NCBI GenBank assembly: GCA_964371945.1
Contig: CAYJPA010000021.1
Location: 4,924 to 68,923 of the forward strand
Reading direction: 5' to 3'
DNA: 64,000 bases
Origin: an uncultured Sphaerobacteraceae bacterium
GTDB taxonomy: Bacteria > Chloroflexota > Chloroflexia > Thermomicrobiales > UBA6265
The notes beneath the pieces are model-generated. The model saw only the letters and a list, made by a program, of their open reading frames with translations, was not told the origin of the DNA and made no database searches. The translations under genes were made by a program, and so were the position numbers. This document shows positions 59,819 to 64,000 of the stretch, piece after piece (positions within the stretch are counted from its first letter, which is position 1; each line of letters starts with the position of its first letter).

Positions 59819-61450
59819 ATGAGCAGGCTCCGCTCCGACAACGTCACGCTCGCCTATGACGGATTGACCGTCGTTCAGGACATCGATCTTGCGATCCCGG
59901 ACGGCAAGATCACGACGATCATCGGACCAAATGGGTGCGGAAAATCGACACTGCTACGGGCGCTGGCACGGTTGAAGAAGGCGGATGGCGGCTCGGTCAT
60001 TCTCGACGGGCAGCTCATCCATCACATGCCGACCCGCGATGTCGCCAAGAAGCTCGGATTGCTTTCGCAGCAATCAATGACGCCCCCGGGCATTACCGTG
60101 CGCGATCTCGTCCGGCGCGGGCGGTATCCGCACCAGTCCTTTCTGCAACCGCCGAGCCGTTCTGACGAGGAGGTGGTCGACCGCGCATTGACGCTCGCCG
60201 GCATGAGCGACCTCCAACATCGCGCGGTCGATGAGCTCTCCGGCGGGCAGCGTCAGCGGGCGTGGATCGCGATGGTGCTTGCCCAGGAGACGCCGCTGCT
60301 GCTGCTGGATGAACCGACGACCTTCCTCGATATGGCGCACCAGATGCAGGTGATTGATCTGGTGCAGCGGTTGAACGCGACCGAAGATCGAACGGTCGTC
60401 ATGGTCTTACATGATGTGAATGAAGCAGCCCGTGTCAGTCATCACATGATCGCAATGAATACGGGCAGGATTCTGCGTGAGGGACCTCCCCACGAATTGC
60501 TCGACGCCGAGCTACTGGCGGAGCTCTACGGCGTCGAATGCGATGTCTATCACCACCCGAAGCACGGTCATCCGTACTGCGTTCCGCGCAGCATCGTAAC
60601 CTCCGAGCCGACCACGCGTTTTTCAGATCAAGATCTGTTCAAGGTCGACTCGCTCAAGACCGGGTATGGGGGGGCGACCGTGCTGCACGGACTTTCGGTC
60701 AATTTGCCAGCCGGAGCGATTACAGCGGTGATTGGGCCAAACGCGTGCGGCAAGTCGACACTGCTGCGAACCTGCGGGCGGTTGCTGCGCCCATCGAGCG
60801 GTAATGTCGAGCTGCAGGGCGATTCGGTGCACAAAGGGCGGCATCGAGCCTTTTCGCGCCGGCTTGCGCTGCTCTCACAGGGCACGGTGACGCCGTCAGG
60901 ATTTCTAGTCGAGGATTTGGTCGCGTCGGGCCGGGTTCCGCATCAAGGCATTCTGAAACAGTGGCGGCAAGAAGACGAGCAAGCGGTCGAAAATGCGCTC
61001 TGCTGGTGCAATTTGGCAGAGTTGCGGTTCCGCGAGGTCGAGACGCTCTCCGGCGGACAACGCCAGCGTGCCTGGTTCGGGCTGGCGTTGGCGCAAGACA
61101 CGCCGGTGCTCCTCCTCGACGAGCCGACGACGTTTCTCGACATCGCTGCCCAAATCGAGCTGCTCGATCTCGTCCGCACCCTCAATCAAGAGCAGGGCCG
61201 CAGTGTGGTAATGGTGCTGCATGACCTCAATCTCGCCGCGCGGTACGCCGATCATCTAGTCGCGATGAAGGATGGCGAAGTGGTCGCGGCCGGGTCTCCG
61301 TCCGAGGTGATCACGGTCGAATTGTTGCGGGAAGTCTTCGGGGTCGAAGCGGTGATCATCACCGATCCGATGACGGGAGCACCATTGGTTCTGCCAGATT
61401 CCGCGCTTGAATCACAGTCGGCCGTCGATGCTTCGCCAATCGCGATATAA
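59819..61450 (+). CDS. Iron-siderophore ABC ATPase made of two fused FepC-like nucleotide-binding domains
   Basis: ATG 59819 (GAGGA upstream); 543 aa. Two complete motif sets are present. Walker A: GPNGCGKSTLL and GPNACGKSTLL. Signature: LSGGQRQRAW, twice. Walker B: LLLLDEPTTFLD and VLLLDEPTTFLD. H-loop: MVLHD, twice. Confidence 0.88.
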   Translation: MSRLRSDNVTLAYDGLTVVQDIDLAIPDGKITTIIGPNGCGKSTLLRALARLKKADGGSVILDGQLIHHMPTRDVAKKLGLLSQQSMTPPGITVRDLVRRGRYPHQSFLQPPSRSDEEVVDRALTLAGMSDLQHRAVDELSGGQRQRAWIAMVLAQETPLLLLDEPTTFLDMAHQMQVIDLVQRLNATEDRTVVMVLHDVNEAARVSHHMIAMNTGRILREGPPHELLDAELLAELYGVECDVYHHPKHGHPYCVPRSIVTSEPTTRFSDQDLFKVDSLKTGYGGATVLHGLSVNLPAGAITAVIGPNACGKSTLLRTCGRLLRPSSGNVELQGDSVHKGRHRAFSRRLALLSQGTVTPSGFLVEDLVASGRVPHQGILKQWRQEDEQAVENALCWCNLAELRFREVETLSGGQRQRAWFGLALAQDTPVLLLDEPTTFLDIAAQIELLDLVRTLNQEQGRSVVMVLHDLNLAARYADHLVAMKDGEVVAAGSPSEVITVELLREVFGVEAVIITDPMTGAPLVLPDSALESQSAVDASPIAI

Positions 61451-61463
61451 GAACTTCCAGCCC

Positions 61464-61481
61464 GCGCAACAACAGTTGCGC
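61464..61481 (+). terminator. Short hairpin just after the ATPase stop
   Basis: gcgcaac-aaca-gttgcgc: a 7-bp stem with no U-tract. Confidence 0.25.
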
Positions 61482-61498
61482 AGTCCTGCCCGATACCA

Positions 61499-61563
61499 TT
61501 GACCCAAACCACGATGGACTCTACAATTCAATTCTGACTTAACTAGTCAGAATTAAGTTTTTT
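61499..61563 (+). promoter_or_regulatory. Near-consensus sigma-70-like promoter overlapped by a 10-bp-arm palindrome (operator and/or terminator)
   Basis: TTGACC (61499-61504), 17-nt spacer, TACAAT (61522-61527). Then aattctgact-taact-agtcagaatt (61530-61554), followed by AAGTTTTTT. Confidence 0.5.
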
Positions 61564-61644
61564 ATCACGTGCAGAAGCAATGCGGCCTTTCGGTGACGGG
61601 TGCCGCCATCGAGCTGCTTTGCTTTGCGCTCAGCAGGAGGAGCG

Positions 61645-62691
61645 ATGTTGGCTCAAGAGAGAACATCACAAACGATCAGGCAGTTTGTTCTCGCGTTGCT
61701 CATTGCGGTTGCCCTCGTGGCCGGCACGGGCGTCGCTAGCCGCACGGCGGCCCAGGAAGCAACTCCAGCTTCCTCATTGGCGATTGAACTGACGTCCGGC
61801 ATTGTGCCAACGCTCTACGGGGAGGTCGCGCTTCCAGAAAAGGTCGAGCGAATCATCACGATTACCGATGGCTCACTCGACGCAATGATTGCGCTCGGCA
61901 TCACGCCGGTCGGCGCGACCGTCAGCTCGAGTGGTGAACCGGCCCAGTATCTAGGAGATCGCGTGCCCGATGCGGTCGTCTATGTCGGCGGCTGGGCCGA
62001 GGTCGACGGAGAGCTCGATGTCGAGAAGATGATCGAGCTCAATCCAGACGTCATTCTTGCCGACCGTTATCTTGCCGAAGAGGACTTCGCGATCTTTAGC
62101 AAGGTCGCTCCGGTCATCGCGAGTGGCGAGATCGAGGTCGCCGGACCCGAGAGCCTGCAGCAGTGGGAATACGAGCTGCTCATTTGGGGTCACGCCGTCG
62201 GCAAGGATGCGGAATCATTGGCATTGATCGAGGGTGTTCGGACGCGCGCCGCCGGGATCAAGGCGAAGTTTGGCGACGGCGGGGGCGGGTCAGTGGTTGT
62301 GTTCCGACCGCAGCCAGACTTTCCGGTGATCATGTCGCACAGGTGGATCACGGGAACCGTGCTGACCTGGGCTGGATTCACCGGTAATGCGCTGACCGCG
62401 GAGATGGACCCGCCACATAGCGGGCGGGATTACAGTCTGGAACAGCTCGATCTGCTCGAGGCAGATTGGATCTTCGCGGCCGCCCGAAACGACGAGCACC
62501 GCGAGGCGCTCGGCGTCTACGAAGGCTATCCACTCTTCCAGCAGCTCACCGCGTTCAAAGAAGGCCGGGTCGCCGTGGTGGATGGGGCGCTCTGGAGCGG
62601 CGCGACTGGCGTGCTCGCGGCGCACGCCATGCTGGACGCGATCGAGGAGATCATCTTCGGCGGCTCGCCCGAAGCAGCTCCGGGCAGCTGA
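61645..62691 (+). CDS. Iron-siderophore ABC substrate-binding protein (FhuD/FepB-type periplasmic binding fold)
   Basis: ATG 61645 follows AGGAGG. Signal-like N-terminus MLAQERTSQTIRQFVLALLIAVALVAGTGVASRTAAQE. Contains ERIITITDGSLDAMIALGITPVG and PDVILAD. Confidence 0.8.
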   Translation: MLAQERTSQTIRQFVLALLIAVALVAGTGVASRTAAQEATPASSLAIELTSGIVPTLYGEVALPEKVERIITITDGSLDAMIALGITPVGATVSSSGEPAQYLGDRVPDAVVYVGGWAEVDGELDVEKMIELNPDVILADRYLAEEDFAIFSKVAPVIASGEIEVAGPESLQQWEYELLIWGHAVGKDAESLALIEGVRTRAAGIKAKFGDGGGGSVVVFRPQPDFPVIMSHRWITGTVLTWAGFTGNALTAEMDPPHSGRDYSLEQLDLLEADWIFAAARNDEHREALGVYEGYPLFQQLTAFKEGRVAVVDGALWSGATGVLAAHAMLDAIEEIIFGGSPEAAPGS

Positions 62692-62769
62692 CCGTTTACC
62701 GGCTGATCCGCGAAGGGGTGACCACGAAGGTGGCTACCCCTTCGCTCCAGATTCGAGAAGGCCCGCACG

Positions 62770-64000
62770 ATGCTCACGCCATTCCTTAGCCCACGCCTTG
62801 AATCGCTCGCCGACCGTCTCGAACAGGGGGACACCAACGCGGTCGACTCATTCTGGACTGAGATGACCGAACGAACAACGCCGCTGATCGAAGCGGACCC
62901 GGCGAACGAATACCTTTGGATCGTGACCTTCCTCTGGCGCGAAGTAGAGCCGACCACCAATGTCGTGCTCGTGCACTGGCTGACGCCTGAAGACCTTCCC
63001 GAAAAGAAGATGTCACGGATCGAGGGCACCGATCTCTGGTTTCTGACGCTTCGCGTCGCTTCTAATGTGCGCTCGGTCTATCGCTTTGCCCCGAACGACA
63101 ATCTGGTTCCAAGACGAGCTGAGACCGACTGGGACGCCCGCCGCCGTAAGTGGCAGCTGGACCCGCTAAACCCGAAGCGATTTCTCGATGATGCGGAATT
63201 AAGCGAAGACGACCGGCTCTGGCATGTCAGTTCGATCGTCGAGCTGCCCGATGCCCCAGTTCACACCTGGCACGAAACGCGGACAGGAGTGCCGTGTGGA
63301 ACGGTTGAGCACCATCGCTTCGTGAGCGCCATCCTCGGGAACGAGCGCGATCTTTGGGTTTACCAGCCCGCGATCGAAGCCGATCGTCCACGCTCGCTTC
63401 TGATCGCGTTCGACGGCCAACATTGCGTTCCGATCCTGCGATTGCCGACGACGCTCGACAATCTCCAACATGCAGGGGAATTCCCGCCGGCCGTGGCGGT
63501 AATGGTCGGGAATGTCGATCGCGGAGCTGAGCTTCCCTGCAATCCCAGATTCGCCGATGCTTTGGCGGACGAACTGGCGCCCTGGGTCCGTGAACGCTTT
63601 TCGGTCAGCCACGATCCCGCGGATGCCACATTAGCCGGCCAGAGTTACGGCGGTCTGGCTTCCGTGTATTGTGCGCTCGAACGGCCAGAATCATTCGGAA
63701 GTGCGCTTTCGCAATCGGGCTCGTTCTGGTGGATGCCCAATCCGCATGGCGGTCTTTCCGAGCAGGTTGTGGGTGTTGCGCCCGATTTCGGATGGCTCAA
63801 CACCGAAATCGCGACACGGCCGCGGGTTCCGATTCGGATTTACATGGACGCAGGGATATTGGAGAACCGCTCGAGATACGGTCTCGCGCCGAGTCTGCTT
63901 CACTCCAATCGCCATCTGCGCGACATCTTGCTGGCGAAGGGATACGACTTCACCTATCGCGAATTCAGCGGTAGTCACGATCACATCTGGTGGCGGGACA
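62770..64000 (+). CDS. Enterochelin/siderophore esterase (Fes-like); the 3' end runs off the window
   Basis: Absent from the track because there is no stop in the window. My manual translation from ATG 62770 reads MLTPFLSPRLESLADRLEQGDTNAVDSFWTEM..., with an N-terminal Fes-type domain. The esterase core has the nucleophile elbow LAGQSYGGLAS and a C-terminal GSHDHIWW. Confidence 0.75.
   Translation, partial: MLTPFLSPRLESLADRLEQGDTNAVDSFWTEMTERTTPLIEADPANEYLWIVTFLWREVEPTTNVVLVHWLTPEDLPEKKMSRIEGTDLWFLTLRVASNVRSVYRFAPNDNLVPRRAETDWDARRRKWQLDPLNPKRFLDDAELSEDDRLWHVSSIVELPDAPVHTWHETRTGVPCGTVEHHRFVSAILGNERDLWVYQPAIEADRPRSLLIAFDGQHCVPILRLPTTLDNLQHAGEFPPAVAVMVGNVDRGAELPCNPRFADALADELAPWVRERFSVSHDPADATLAGQSYGGLASVYCALERPESFGSALSQSGSFWWMPNPHGGLSEQVVGVAPDFGWLNTEIATRPRVPIRIYMDAGILENRSRYGLAPSLLHSNRHLRDILLAKGYDFTYREFSGSHDHIWWRD

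Overview
High-GC bacterial chromosomal segment with dense coding on both strands. I called about 47 protein genes; functions come from motifs read in the translations, since no database search was possible. I found no rRNA, tRNA or CRISPR array.

Layout:
- 1-17.7 kb: housekeeping and envelope genes. These are a P-type ATPase (runs off the left edge), a GGDEF-EAL protein, a heterodimeric ABC exporter, and a repeat-bearing Zn-metallopeptidase.
- 21.2-25.3 kb: a sigma-54 island with rpoN, a divergent NtrC-type activator, two -24/-12 promoter matches and an orphan receiver.
- 25.4-28.6 kb: a mannose/glycolysis trio (GDP-mannose pyrophosphorylase, PMI, PfkA).
- 30.4-35.7 kb: a five-gene sugar/lactone-type operon.
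- 36-43.6 kb: scattered signalling and redox genes.
- 43.6-45.4 kb: a lower-GC, poorly coding stretch with covarying tandem hairpins.
- 46.5-47.1 kb: an IS200-like/RAYT tyrosine transposase bracketed by paired hairpins.
- 47.1-55.1 kb: a NitT/TauT-type ABC importer, then galM and a GH20-like hydrolase.
- 55.3-64.0 kb: a siderophore-uptake cluster. It has one binding-protein gene broken by an in-frame TAG, an ATPase made of two fused NBDs, a 10-mer shared just downstream of two promoter-like sites, and an esterase that runs off the right edge.

The most unusual items are the structured non-coding region at 44.9-45.0 kb, the Cys4 insertion in RpoN together with its local sigma-54 circuit, the 4 x 40-aa Cys/Trp/Asp repeat fused to a YpfJ-like peptidase, the hairpin-flanked RAYT, and the fused double ATPase with the shared palindromic motif. 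I cannot claim novelty for any of them without database comparison.
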